From Candidatus Latescibacterota bacterium (lineage in GTDB: Bacteria > Latescibacterota > UBA2968 > UBA8231): DNA of 64,000 bases. A model generated the notes under the pieces. That model was given only the letters and a program-made list of their open reading frames with translations, ran no database searches and had not been told where the DNA came from. The stretch spans positions 6,752,001 to 6,816,000 of the forward strand of contig OZ242214.1 of assembly GCA_965206595.1 (NCBI GenBank). The letters are read 5' to 3'. Made by a program: the position numbers and the translations under genes. Positions 1 to 9,222 of the stretch are shown here, in pieces (position 1 is the stretch's first letter; each line of letters opens with the position of its first letter).

Positions 1-1
1 G

Positions 2-310
2 GCCGAATGGGAGCAGATGCGCCAGGTCGGGGACTTGGTTTCCGAGGCGAAGGCCGAGGGCTTCGACCCGTTCTTCTCCACCCGCGTCATGGCGCGCCTC
101 CGAGGCGAGCGCAGCGAAGCGGGCAGCTTCGCCGACGGCTTGGTGCGCGCCTTCCGCCCCCTGATCCCGGTCACCCTTGCCGCGGCTGTTTTCCTGGCCG
201 TGCTGAACTGGCGCGACCGCGACCTGATGTCCGAAGGGTCTTCCTTCCTCGAGATCACCTTCGCCGTTCCGACGGTTTCGGTGGAAACCGCCGAAATCAT
301 GGAGATGTGA
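2..310 (+). CDS. Membrane-anchored hypothetical protein (possible anti-sigma factor), 5' partial
   Basis: Frame is open from the window edge (AEWEQMRQV...). It contains 'FDPFFSTRVMARL' followed by one hydrophobic helix, and its stop overlaps the next GTG (GTGA). Confidence 0.5.
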   Translation, partial: AEWEQMRQVGDLVSEAKAEGFDPFFSTRVMARLRGERSEAGSFADGLVRAFRPLIPVTLAAAVFLAVLNWRDRDLMSEGSSFLEITFAVPTVSVETAEIMEM

Positions 311-717
311 CCGTGTCCTCCGCCACTAGGAGCGCCGCCATCCTCATCGCCACCCTCGTGATCGGAATGGTGCTGGGGGCGCTCGGATTCAGCGCCTACC
401 AGCGCCATCGCTTCCGCGACGCCCTGAGCCTGGCGCGGCCCGCCCACTTCACCGCCGGCATCCGCCGGGCCATCGCCCCGATCGACGAGACCCGGCGCGC
501 GGAAATAGCCGCCGTCCTGCGCCGCATCGACGAGCGCATGCGGGCCAACCGGATCGCCAGGAACCGGGAGCGGCGGGCGCAGCTCGATTCGGCAAGGGCC
601 GAGCTGGAACCGCTGCTGACCGAAGATCAGCGCCGGCGGCTGAGGCGCCACCTCGAACGGCACAAGCGGATGGTGAGACGCGGGGCCCGGCCCCATCACG
701 GGGGGAAGCGGCACTAG
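307..717 (+). CDS. Periplasmic heavy-metal sensor / Spy-CpxP-like helical protein
   Basis: GTG start coupled to the upstream stop, an N-terminal TM helix, and an 'LTEDQRRR' LTxxQ motif. Confidence 0.55.
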   Translation: MTVSSATRSAAILIATLVIGMVLGALGFSAYQRHRFRDALSLARPAHFTAGIRRAIAPIDETRRAEIAAVLRRIDERMRANRIARNRERRAQLDSARAELEPLLTEDQRRRLRRHLERHKRMVRRGARPHHGGKRH

Positions 718-838
718 CCGGAAGCTGGGGTTTTGTCGGTCCGGCGAAGGTGGATGGTAATTTAAGCCGGTAAGGCAAGGGGAGGGATACACAAACGACT
801 GAGATTGCCGAAAACACTGTGTTTCCTGAAAACAGGGA

Positions 839-1866
839 AATGGGGTATTCAGTTGACTCAGGTTCCCCTCGGCAGAGCTTCCAGGAACATGGAGGACTAT
901 CCGCAAAACCTTCAGGAGTTGGAGGCCCGGTTTTCGACCGAGGACGTCTGTCGCCAATACTTGGTTCAGCTGCGTTGGCCGGACGGGTTTGTCTGCCCTC
1001 GCTGCGGTCACGAGCAGGCTTGGTCTGTAGGGATCCGGCTGGAGTGTGGTCAGTGCCACTACCAAGGGTCGGTGACGGCGGGGACGATCTTCCAAGGGTC
1101 CCGCAAGCCCCTGGCCCAGTGGTTCAGGGCGATCTGGTATGTCACCAGCCAGAAGAACGGCGCCAGCGCCTTGGGCCTGCAACGCATCCTGGGCCTGGGA
1201 AGCTATGTCACGGCGTGGAGCTGGCTTCACAAGCTGCGCCGGGCCATGGTCCGACCGGGACGGGACGGTCTTCGGGGCCGCGTCGAGGTCGACGAAGCCT
1301 ACCTGGGGGGTCTGGAGGAAGGCGTGTCGGGTCGAGAAACCGAGACCAAAGCGCTGATCGCGGTGGCTGCCGAGGAACAGGGACGAGGGATCGGTCGGAT
1401 TCGCCTCATGCCCATCCCGGACGCCTCGGCGAACAGCCTCGAAGCCTTCGTCCGGGCCAGCATCGAGTCCGGTAGCCGGGTCCATACGGACGGCTGGGAA
1501 GGCTACGGGGCCTGACCAGCCTGGGGTACCGGCACCGAGTGACGGTCCTGCGGCACAGCCGCAAGCAGCCGCATGAACTGATGCCGCGAGTCCATCGGGT
1601 CGTCTCCCTGCTGAAGCGTTGGCTTCTGGGGACCCACCAGGGAGGTATCAGCAAGGAGCATCTGGAGTACTACCTCGACGAGTTCACGTTTCGCTTCAAC
1701 CGTCGCACCTCACATCATCGCGGCAAGCTGTTCTATCGGCTGCTCCAACACGCCATGCAGACCGAACCGGCACCGTATTCCCAGCTGGCGAAAGGGATCC
1801 GCCCAGGGCCCAAGCGCCAAGCGGCGGCGACATAAAACTGCAACCTGAGCGAACTAAATACCCCAT
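839..1866 (+). mobile_element. IS1595-family insertion sequence
   Basis: Terminal IRs ggggtattcagttgactcaggtt (842-864) and aacctgagcgaactaaatacccc (1842-1864) match at 20/23. An 8-bp direct repeat aacaggga lies at 831-838 and 1867-1874. Confidence 0.9.
889..1835 (+). pseudogene. IS1595-family transposase, frameshifted near 1507-1510
   Basis: Zn ribbon (CPRCG...CGQC), 'VEVDEAYLGG' and 'VHTDGW' lie in frame 1. 'HLEYYLDEFTFRFNRR' continues in another frame after a G-run missing one base. Confidence 0.85.
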
Positions 1867-1928
1867 AACAGGGATTAACTTTCCACCAATCTTCCTGAGA
1901 CTAACTCAGCCTCCCCACCTTGTACCCT

Positions 1929-2782
1929 GAACCTATCTCAAAACAGGCAAACTTAAACTTGTTTTCGAAATGACAGTGATGTACCATTGGTGTATGGTCA
2001 ATCTGACCGACATGCAATGGCAACGAATCCGCCATCACTTTCCTGAAGAACTTCGTCCCAAGAGGCATCCGGGTCGCAAACCGGTTTGCACCCGTGATGT
2101 TTTTGAAGCCGTCCTTTGGATTCTAAACACCGGGGCTCAATGGCATATGTTGCCGCCGTGCTATCCGAACTACAAAACCGTGCAGCGCCGTTTTCAAAAC
2201 GGGTGTCGTCAAGGGGTGGTACGCGAAGTTCTCATGGACCTGGCCCAGACCCTTCACGAGCAAGGGGGCCTGGACGAATCGGAGGCTTTCATCGACGGCA
2301 TGTTCTCGGCGGCCAAGGGTGGAGGTGCCGATATCGGCCACACCAAGCGAGGTAAGGGGGTGCGGGTCATGGGGATCGTGGACGGCAATGGGCTTCCCTT
2401 GTCGGTGAGCACGCATGCAGCGAACCATCATGAAGTGACGCTGGTTCAGTTGACCTTTGACTTTTACCTCATCGAAGACCAACCTGACAACTTGATCGGT
2501 GACAAAGCGTACGACAGCGATTCGTTGGATGAAGAACGTAAGAAAGACGGGTTCGAGATGATCGCCCCGCATCGCCAGACTCGGACCAAGAAAAAGACTC
2601 AGGACGGACGGCGATTGCGGCGTTATGTGCGGCCTTGGATGGTTGAGAGATTCTTTGCTTGGCTTCAATGGCAGCGTCGAGTGATCACTCGCTGGGAATT
2701 GTATCCGGAGAATTTTCTTGGCTTCGTCCAACTTGCATCCATTTTGATTTTGCTTAAACAATTTCAATTTTGAGATAGGCTC
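1929..2782 (+). mobile_element. IS5-family insertion sequence
   Basis: IRs gaacctatctcaaaa (1929-1943) and ttttgagataggctc (2768-2782) match at 14/15. A 2-bp CT duplication flanks the element, and removing it restores the interrupted ORF. Confidence 0.9.
1994..2773 (+). CDS. IS5-family transposase
   Basis: 'LTDMQWQRI', 'LNTGAQWHMLP', 'FIDG', 'GDKAYDS' and 'WMVERFFAWL' DDE motifs. Confidence 0.9.
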   Translation: MVNLTDMQWQRIRHHFPEELRPKRHPGRKPVCTRDVFEAVLWILNTGAQWHMLPPCYPNYKTVQRRFQNGCRQGVVREVLMDLAQTLHEQGGLDESEAFIDGMFSAAKGGGADIGHTKRGKGVRVMGIVDGNGLPLSVSTHAANHHEVTLVQLTFDFYLIEDQPDNLIGDKAYDSDSLDEERKKDGFEMIAPHRQTRTKKKTQDGRRLRRYVRPWMVERFFAWLQWQRRVITRWELYPENFLGFVQLASILILLKQFQF

Positions 2783-4078
2783 CTCACAATTGCCTCAAAG
2801 TTGGACGCCTCATGCGGCAATCGCTCACGCCATTCATCAATACCCCTTTGAAAACCATAACAGTCAAGAATTACAAGAATTGCTGGCTCTGGAACCTTTT
2901 TGAGTTTATCCGATTTTTTCTGAACCGCACCTGTCAGGAGTTTCCTGGAGTTGATCTTCTCCGTTTGTGATAAATGCCCCTGTGGGAAGAGCCGCTGCTA
3001 CTAACCCACTTTCCTTTTCAGATAGCTTCCAAACGGAAATTTCTCTGCCTTTGGATTGAAGAACGACATGCGCAGACATCCAATCACCCTTACATGCTTC
3101 TTTGTGGAAGAATAAGGTGAGAATCCGCACAATTTCATTTTGTTGATTTTTTAAATCTGGGATCGATGGGAAGCCAATGAGATAACAGCTATGGACTCTA
3201 ACCTCCGACTTAATTTTTTCACATACATCGGCTCCGAAAGACAGTAGGTTTTTGTCAAGTTCAATCCAAGAGTGTCTCCTACCATTGAGATCTGTTTCTC
3301 CGTGGATACTTGTGATTTCGACTGCAAAACGGCGACCCCTAAAGTTCAGAAAATAATCCGGTGGTTCCTTCCCTTTGGTCCACTCTGGGTCGTCTCCATA
3401 CTCTTTCAAAAGCGAGTCCAGAGCTTTACGACATAGTTCTTCATCTGCTCTCATTGGCTATCGGCACTCCAGAAAAAGAAAGCATAGCTTTCGTCTGTAA
3501 TTAGTTGCAGTTTCCGAAACTGCGGCACTCCCTACAGGCTGGGGTCGGCATCAAACAGACCACGGCCGGCTGGCTATCCACCCGAGCCCCTGGTTTTTTC
3601 AACTGAAAATGGGATCTGCCTTTGGTGTAACAATTCAATTACTAGTCAGTGTCTGCTGTCCTGTCAACTGGGTGCCATTCCTTCGGGGTGGAATGTCGTT
3701 TTTCGCTCAGGGCGACCGTGAACGTCAGCTCGCCAGTGTCCTCGTCCGCGTAATCGCGGCCGCCGCCCGAGTGCGTAAGCGTCACCGGCGGGTCAGCCAC
3801 CACCTCCGCGTCCGGGAGGCCCGCGCGTCACCGTCTACGACTCGCTCCAATTTTTCCGCGGTGAAGATCATCGCCGGCCCAGCTCATTTTCTCTCGATCC
3901 GTGGTTATCACATCCGGGTTTGGTTTGCCAACCCGGCCGACCTTACCTGACCTTTGCTTGCACTCAACAACGGCGAAGGGTTATGAACCATGTCGGCTGA
4001 CAGTCGGGGTTGATCCGTTGTCTAGTGAAGTGAAATAGGATGGTGCCGGAAACGAACCCATGAAATGGAGCAAGCAAG

Positions 4079-4681
4079 GTGGCTATCGAACGGAACGAGG
4101 TCGACCCAAGCAGGTTCAACCCAGAGGCAGACCTTCCATACGAGCTACGCCTCAAGGACTTCGAGATGGCGATGCAGGATGTCTACGACTTCTTCTACGA
4201 CGTCAACTCCCACCTCGCAGGCAAGGGACTACAGCGTCTCGGCGACATGCTTCGCCCCGCAATCATGTCCGGGGTCCTGTCGGACATGATTACTGCAAGT
4301 CTCGCGAAGCACTCGAGGACCTTGACAGAGAACCGGTATTTCAACGGCCACCCCGACTTGGTTGTTCAGGGAAGATATCCGGACAATGCCGTCAAGGCGG
4401 GGGAAGACGGCATCGAGATCAAGACCACCCGGAAGGCGGGAGGTGCGGTAGACACTCACGGGGCGCGCGAGCAGTGGATGTGCGTTTTCGTCTATGGCGT
4501 GGATACCGAGAGGGAACCTGCTGTAGATCGAGCGGCGATGTCGTTCAGGGAGGTTTACCTGGGGCACGTGATGGCGTCCGACTTCCGCAAGAACCCGCGC
4601 AGCGAGCTCGGCACCAGGACGGCCACTCTGCACAAGGATGGGGTGAAGAAGCTGCGCGCGAACTGGATATACAGGCTCTAA
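4079..4681 (+). CDS. Putative Type II restriction endonuclease (PD-(D/E)XK)
   Basis: 'HPDLVV...GIEIKTT' catalytic motif. Convergent with the methyltransferase, with overlapping stops at 4678-4681. Confidence 0.7.
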   Translation: MAIERNEVDPSRFNPEADLPYELRLKDFEMAMQDVYDFFYDVNSHLAGKGLQRLGDMLRPAIMSGVLSDMITASLAKHSRTLTENRYFNGHPDLVVQGRYPDNAVKAGEDGIEIKTTRKAGGAVDTHGAREQWMCVFVYGVDTEREPAVDRAAMSFREVYLGHVMASDFRKNPRSELGTRTATLHKDGVKKLRANWIYRL

Positions 4682-5814
4682 GGGCGTCCGTTCGGTTCGA
4701 AGGCGCAGAGTGCGGGAACGGCGCGAACCCCTACGTCGAAATAGTGGGAATCCTTCTCGATGCCGATGCTTTCGTACCCGACCGTTTCGGCCGCTGCAAG
4801 GGTGGAACCGGCGCCGGCGAACGGGTCTAGGACGACACCCTCTCCCAACGGCAGGACTCCGCGGACCAGTTGCCTGAGAAAGGCTTGCGGTTTCAGGCTC
4901 GGATGCGGTGCGAGGGCCCGCTCGTTCTTCCGGGTAGGGGCGGACTTGATCACGTCGCCGAACGGTTTGTCCTCGGATGGGCGCCGGAAACCGCCGGTCT
5001 TCCACTTCCGCAGATTGTCCTGTACCCGTCCCTCGACGGGCCTTCTGAAGACGATCCAAGGCTCCCACATCGAACGCGGCATCACGCTGACATCGCTGAA
5101 CTCCTCATGAGCGGCCTTCGGCCTGTCGCCGCCTCGCATGGTCATGACCAGTCTGGTGATGCTGCCTCGGCACTCCATGCCGGCTTCTTCCAGCGCGCCT
5201 GCCACGATATGGACGAGGAGGGGGTTTGAAGCGACAACGACGTTCGCACCAGGTACGAGCTTGGGCAGCAGGAGCCGACCCCAGAGGGTGAAGAACCGGC
5301 CCAGCTGACCCCGTTGCTGGTCGGTAAGGATGGTGAACCGCGGCAACGGGGAGCGCGCATGGCCATCGAAGGAGGGTGGAATCCGCCACACGCCCCCCAT
5401 TCCCTGGCGCATCTTCAACTGCTGCTGGGGCGTGTACTCATGCAGTCCGTACGGAGGGTCGGTGACGACGGCATGAATGCTGTTGTTTCCGCGCTCCTCC
5501 AGCCAGGCGAAGCAGTCACCGTGAATCAATGTCGTTCGACCGAAGAAGAATGGCTGCCGCCATGGCTCGGCGTCGATCTGGAGGTCGCCCTGAAAGTCCG
5601 CCAGGACTTCGGGCCTCACCCTGTAGACGCCGCGTTCTTCCCTGATGAAAGTTTCGGGCGTCTTCAGCCGCAGGCATGACCTTATCGAAGACCCGGGGGT
5701 CGGCCCGATTGACTGGGTTACCCTTTTCTCTATCTGGCTGACAGGCAGTCCTTCGGGCGAGGTGGCAAGAACCTGCAGGATGGCGTCGCGGACCCGTCCG
5801 GGTGCATATCTCAT
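4678..5814 (-). CDS. Beta-class N4-C/N6-A DNA methyltransferase with N-terminal winged-HTH
   Basis: Motif IV 'VTDPPY' precedes motif I 'VLDPFAGAGST'; 'HPSLKP' present; about 65-aa HTH-like N-terminus. Confidence 0.9.
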   Translation of the reverse strand: MRYAPGRVRDAILQVLATSPEGLPVSQIEKRVTQSIGPTPGSSIRSCLRLKTPETFIREERGVYRVRPEVLADFQGDLQIDAEPWRQPFFFGRTTLIHGDCFAWLEERGNNSIHAVVTDPPYGLHEYTPQQQLKMRQGMGGVWRIPPSFDGHARSPLPRFTILTDQQRGQLGRFFTLWGRLLLPKLVPGANVVVASNPLLVHIVAGALEEAGMECRGSITRLVMTMRGGDRPKAAHEEFSDVSVMPRSMWEPWIVFRRPVEGRVQDNLRKWKTGGFRRPSEDKPFGDVIKSAPTRKNERALAPHPSLKPQAFLRQLVRGVLPLGEGVVLDPFAGAGSTLAAAETVGYESIGIEKDSHYFDVGVRAVPALCAFEPNGRP

Positions 5815-5997
5815 GGGGTTCTTTCCTTATTTTCTGTGACCATCCACTATAGACAGCCCGGACGTCCCATGTCAATAAAAACCTGCATAAAGACGTCTCT
5901 CCCCGTCCTCCGGCCCCTTGGCCGACAGGGACCAAACCGAAATTCGCTGTCCCGTGGAATCGTCGCCCAGCTCATTGGGATCATGTAGATTCAGGGT

Positions 5998-6333
5998 ATG
6001 GACCGCGGCACTTTGCTCAATCACATCCGGGCTACTCACTTCGAGTCCGGCGACCGGAAGCTGGCGTTGGCAGATGCGCAACGCATTGCGGCCTATCTGG
6101 TGAAGGAGGGGGCGCGCCGGGTCGTCGGCATCGGATCCGTTTTCGAGCCGTCCCGGCCGTTTACGGATCGCTCCGATATCGATCTCGTCGTGGAGGGAAT
6201 CGAACCGAGCCGTTTCTATTCCGTGTCCGCCGGCGCAGCGGCCATGACCGATTTCAGGCTGGACCTCACCGCCCTGGAAGTGGCCACGACCTCCCTTCGT
6301 CGCGTCGTAAGCAAAAGCGGGGTCGAGCTGTGA
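5998..6333 (+). CDS. Minimal nucleotidyltransferase (MNT) antitoxin
   Basis: 'GIGSVF...SDIDLVVEG' GS/DxD motif, 111 aa, coupled to the HEPN gene. Confidence 0.85.
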   Translation: MDRGTLLNHIRATHFESGDRKLALADAQRIAAYLVKEGARRVVGIGSVFEPSRPFTDRSDIDLVVEGIEPSRFYSVSAGAAAMTDFRLDLTALEVATTSLRRVVSKSGVEL

Positions 6334-6800
6334 AGCTGGAAGAGGTGTTGGCCAGACGGCTTGCCGCGGAAGTCGAATCCGAGCTTGCGAGCCTGGCAGC
6401 GCTGGACGAGGAGCTCGCCAATGCCCCACAACAGGACGACATCTATTCCCTGCGGGCTCGCGGCTCGATTCTGCACGATTTCTACAACGGTGTTGAACGC
6501 GTCTTCGTGCGCATCGCACGCGAACTCAACGGGGGTGTTCCTCGAGGAGACCAGTGGCACCGGGATCTGGTCGACGACATGACGCTCGAAATCTCCGAGG
6601 TCCGACCGGCTGTTATCGACCGGAGTCTCGCCCAGGCTCTTGGCGAGTACCTTCGGTTTCGGCATGTGTTCCGCAATGTCTACGGTGGCGTATTGGAGGC
6701 GGAGCGGATGGCCTCCCTGGAAAAGCGGTTGCCCGAGACTCTCGCGGCATTTCGCGACCGCGTCCAAGCGTTTGTCGCCTGGATGCTGAAACCAGGCTGA
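6330..6800 (+). CDS. HEPN-domain (HepT-like) RNase toxin
   Basis: 'LHDFYNGVERVF', 'WHRDL' and 'RFRHVFRNVY' motifs; GTGA overlap with the MNT gene. Confidence 0.85.
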   Translation: MKLEEVLARRLAAEVESELASLAALDEELANAPQQDDIYSLRARGSILHDFYNGVERVFVRIARELNGGVPRGDQWHRDLVDDMTLEISEVRPAVIDRSLAQALGEYLRFRHVFRNVYGGVLEAERMASLEKRLPETLAAFRDRVQAFVAWMLKPG

Positions 6801-6861
6801 ACGGGCCTTGGCACCGCGAACTCCTGCTCCGGGAAGCTGATCCTTACCTGACCCAACCCAA

Positions 6862-6944
6862 CGCCGAATCACCCGCTAGCCATCCGCCGAATCACCTGCT
6901 AATAACCCGCCGAATCACCTGCTGATAACCCGCCGAATCACCCG
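6862..6944. repeat. Four tandem 23-bp repeats (core cgccgaatcacc)
   Basis: Cores start at 6862, 6885, 6908 and 6931, an exact 23-bp period. Confidence 0.9.
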
Positions 6945-7011
6945 TTGGGACTTGCGTTGCTAGCTTGGCCGGGCTACTGTACTCCCGAACGCCTTGCTTG
7001 CCGGCAAACCC

Positions 7012-8262
7012 ATGCCATACCTGTCACGAATCGTCGATGCCGAACTTGCGGAGCTGCTTGGAGTCACCGGTGCGGTCCTTGTGGAAGGGCCCAAGGCATC
7101 CGGGAAGACAGCTACCGCCATGCAGGCGGCCCAAAGCGAGGTGCTGCTGGACGTCGACGACAACGCCCGGCGCATGATCGGCGCGGATCCGGCGGCCGTA
7201 TTGGACGGAGACACGCCGCGACTGATTGACGAGTGGCAACTCGAACCCGCCATCTGGAACCATGTGCGCAGGGCCGTCGACCGGCGGGCTGCGCCCGGCC
7301 AGTTCATCCTCACCGGTTCGGCGGTTCCCGCCGACGAAATCACCCGCCACACCGGCGCCGGCCGCTTCGCCCGGCTGCGCATGCGCCCGATGTCGCTGTA
7401 CGAGACCGGACAATCCACCGGGGAGCTCTCCCTGCAGCGGCTCCTGGACGGCTCCGAACAGCGGGCGAAGCAATCCGAGCTGCCGATCGCGACCGTCGCC
7501 GAGCTTGTATGCGCCGGCGGCTGGCCGGCCAACATCGGCAAGGCCCTGCCGCAGACCTTGCGCGCGAATCGCGCCTACCTCGACGAAATACGCCGCACCG
7601 ACGTATCGACGGTCAGCGGAAAAACACGGGATCCGGTCAAGGTGGAACGCCTGCTGCGGTCGCTGGCGCGCAACACTGCTACGCCCGTGGCCATGTCGAA
7701 GCTGACCGCCGAAGTCGGCGACAACAGCGCGCCCCTGAAGGCGGACACTGTCGCCGCGTACCTCGACGCCCTGGACCGGCTCATGGTGGTGGAAAACCAG
7801 CCGGCATGGTCGCCTCACCTGCGGTCCCGCACGACCCTTCGGGAAGCGCCCGTCAGGCACTTCGTCGATCCTTCGCTGGCCGTTGCGGCGTTGCGAGCCA
7901 CGCCCCCCCGCCTGACGGTGGACCTGGAGTTCCTCGGTCTTCTGTTCGAGTCCATGGTCATCCGCGACCTGCGAGTGTACGCCCAGGCCGCGGACGCGCA
8001 GGTGTTCCACTACCGGGAGAAGGAGGGGCTGGAAGTGGACGCCATTGTCGAGGCCGCGGATGGGCGCTGGGCAGCGTTCGAGATCAAGCTGGGCGAACGC
8101 TGGGTGGAAGAAGGCGCGAAGAACCTTCGCAAGCTGACCGGCCGGATGGAGCACAGCGACCACGACAGGCCGTCAGCCCTCGCGGTAATCGTCCCCAATG
8201 GGTACGGTACCGCCGGAACCGGGGACGTGGGAGTGATCCCCATCGGCACGCTGGGGCCCTGA
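7012..8262 (+). CDS. AAA ATPase with DUF4143 / C-terminal PD-(D/E)XK-like domain
   Basis: Walker A 'GPKASGKT', Walker B 'LIDEWQ', 'FILTGS', 'EVDAIVE...AFEIKLG'. Confidence 0.9.
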   Translation: MPYLSRIVDAELAELLGVTGAVLVEGPKASGKTATAMQAAQSEVLLDVDDNARRMIGADPAAVLDGDTPRLIDEWQLEPAIWNHVRRAVDRRAAPGQFILTGSAVPADEITRHTGAGRFARLRMRPMSLYETGQSTGELSLQRLLDGSEQRAKQSELPIATVAELVCAGGWPANIGKALPQTLRANRAYLDEIRRTDVSTVSGKTRDPVKVERLLRSLARNTATPVAMSKLTAEVGDNSAPLKADTVAAYLDALDRLMVVENQPAWSPHLRSRTTLREAPVRHFVDPSLAVAALRATPPRLTVDLEFLGLLFESMVIRDLRVYAQAADAQVFHYREKEGLEVDAIVEAADGRWAAFEIKLGERWVEEGAKNLRKLTGRMEHSDHDRPSALAVIVPNGYGTAGTGDVGVIPIGTLGP

Positions 8263-8311
8263 CGGTTGTCAAAACAAACTCCTTGAAACTCGACCAACGA
8301 AAAGAGCCCCC

Positions 8312-9112
8312 ATGGAGAACAGAACCCCGCCCCTGAGCAATCGCCTCGGCAAACTGTTGGAGCAACACGAAGCCCTGTACGGAGTGATCTGCCGCGACGC
8401 CACCCTCACCGATATCGAGTTGATGGCGCAGGCCGGCTACCACGTCGTCTGGCTCGACATGGAGCACGGCCCCCAGTCCACGGCGAAGACCCTGCGGCTG
8501 GGCCGGACCATCACCCACCTCGGCATGGTGCCGCTCGTGCGCATGCCGGAGCTGTCGCGCACGCAGGTGCAGCGCCTGCTCGACGGGGGCATACAGGTTC
8601 TGGCACTGCCCGACGTGAGGAACGCCGGGGAAGCCGCCCGCTTCGTCGAGCTGGGCAAGTACCCGCCACTGGGGCAGCGCGGCGTCTCCAGCTCCAGCGC
8701 CGGCACGGACTTCACCATGGGTCCGGACCCGCGGCAGAGACTGCGCGAGGCCAATGACGCCACCCATCTGATGGTGATGATCGAGAGCGACGAGGCCTGC
8801 GAAGCACTGGACGGGATCCTGGCGGTCGAAGGCATCGACATGGTCACCGTCGGCCCGATGGACTGGGCCGTCGGTCTCGGGCTCTTCGGTGACGAGGCCA
8901 GGGCGCTCCAGGCCCCGAAGATCGAGCGGGTGTTGAGAGCCGCGGCCGCGGCCGGCAAGATCACCACGGCCGGCGCATTCAGCATCGAAGAGGCGGGGTA
9001 CTACCGCGACCTCGGCGTCCGGGTCTTCTTCGTCGGGGTCGACCTGGTCCTCAAACGCCAGGCCCTGACGCAAACGCTGTCTCGATTTCAGGACGCGCTC
9101 GGGACCTGCTGA
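8312..9112 (+). CDS. HpcH/HpaI aldolase family protein
   Basis: 'WLDMEHG', 'KYPPLGQRG', 'MIES', 'VGPMD'. Confidence 0.9.
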   Translation: MENRTPPLSNRLGKLLEQHEALYGVICRDATLTDIELMAQAGYHVVWLDMEHGPQSTAKTLRLGRTITHLGMVPLVRMPELSRTQVQRLLDGGIQVLALPDVRNAGEAARFVELGKYPPLGQRGVSSSSAGTDFTMGPDPRQRLREANDATHLMVMIESDEACEALDGILAVEGIDMVTVGPMDWAVGLGLFGDEARALQAPKIERVLRAAAAAGKITTAGAFSIEEAGYYRDLGVRVFFVGVDLVLKRQALTQTLSRFQDALGTC

Positions 9113-9222
9113 CCGGCGGCGGTGTGAGCGGGGGCATGGGAGACATGGACAAGGCCAACCGAGGACAGGTCGATTTCCGGTCCTGACACATTTCGTCGTC
9201 GACTGTCACTCGAAGGTGAGGG

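Larger units (their letters stand above)
1875..3454 (-). pseudogene. AT-rich PD-(D/E)XK-like nuclease gene, frameshifted (~2943) and interrupted by IS5
   Basis: 'EPPDYFL...FAVEITS' motif. The shifted frame continues KLLTGAVQKKSDKLKKVPEPAILVILD... to the IS end and resumes on the far side (VRVQGGEAELVSGRLVES*), stopping at 1875. Confidence 0.65.

Noticed and set aside
3609-3950. 113-aa plus-strand ORF
   Set aside because: No recognisable motif, and it spans compositionally mixed DNA.
6862-6944. 23-bp repeats as a mini CRISPR array
   Set aside because: The 11-bp linkers are similar to each other and there is no hairpin or resemblance to the I-C repeat; kept as a tandem repeat.
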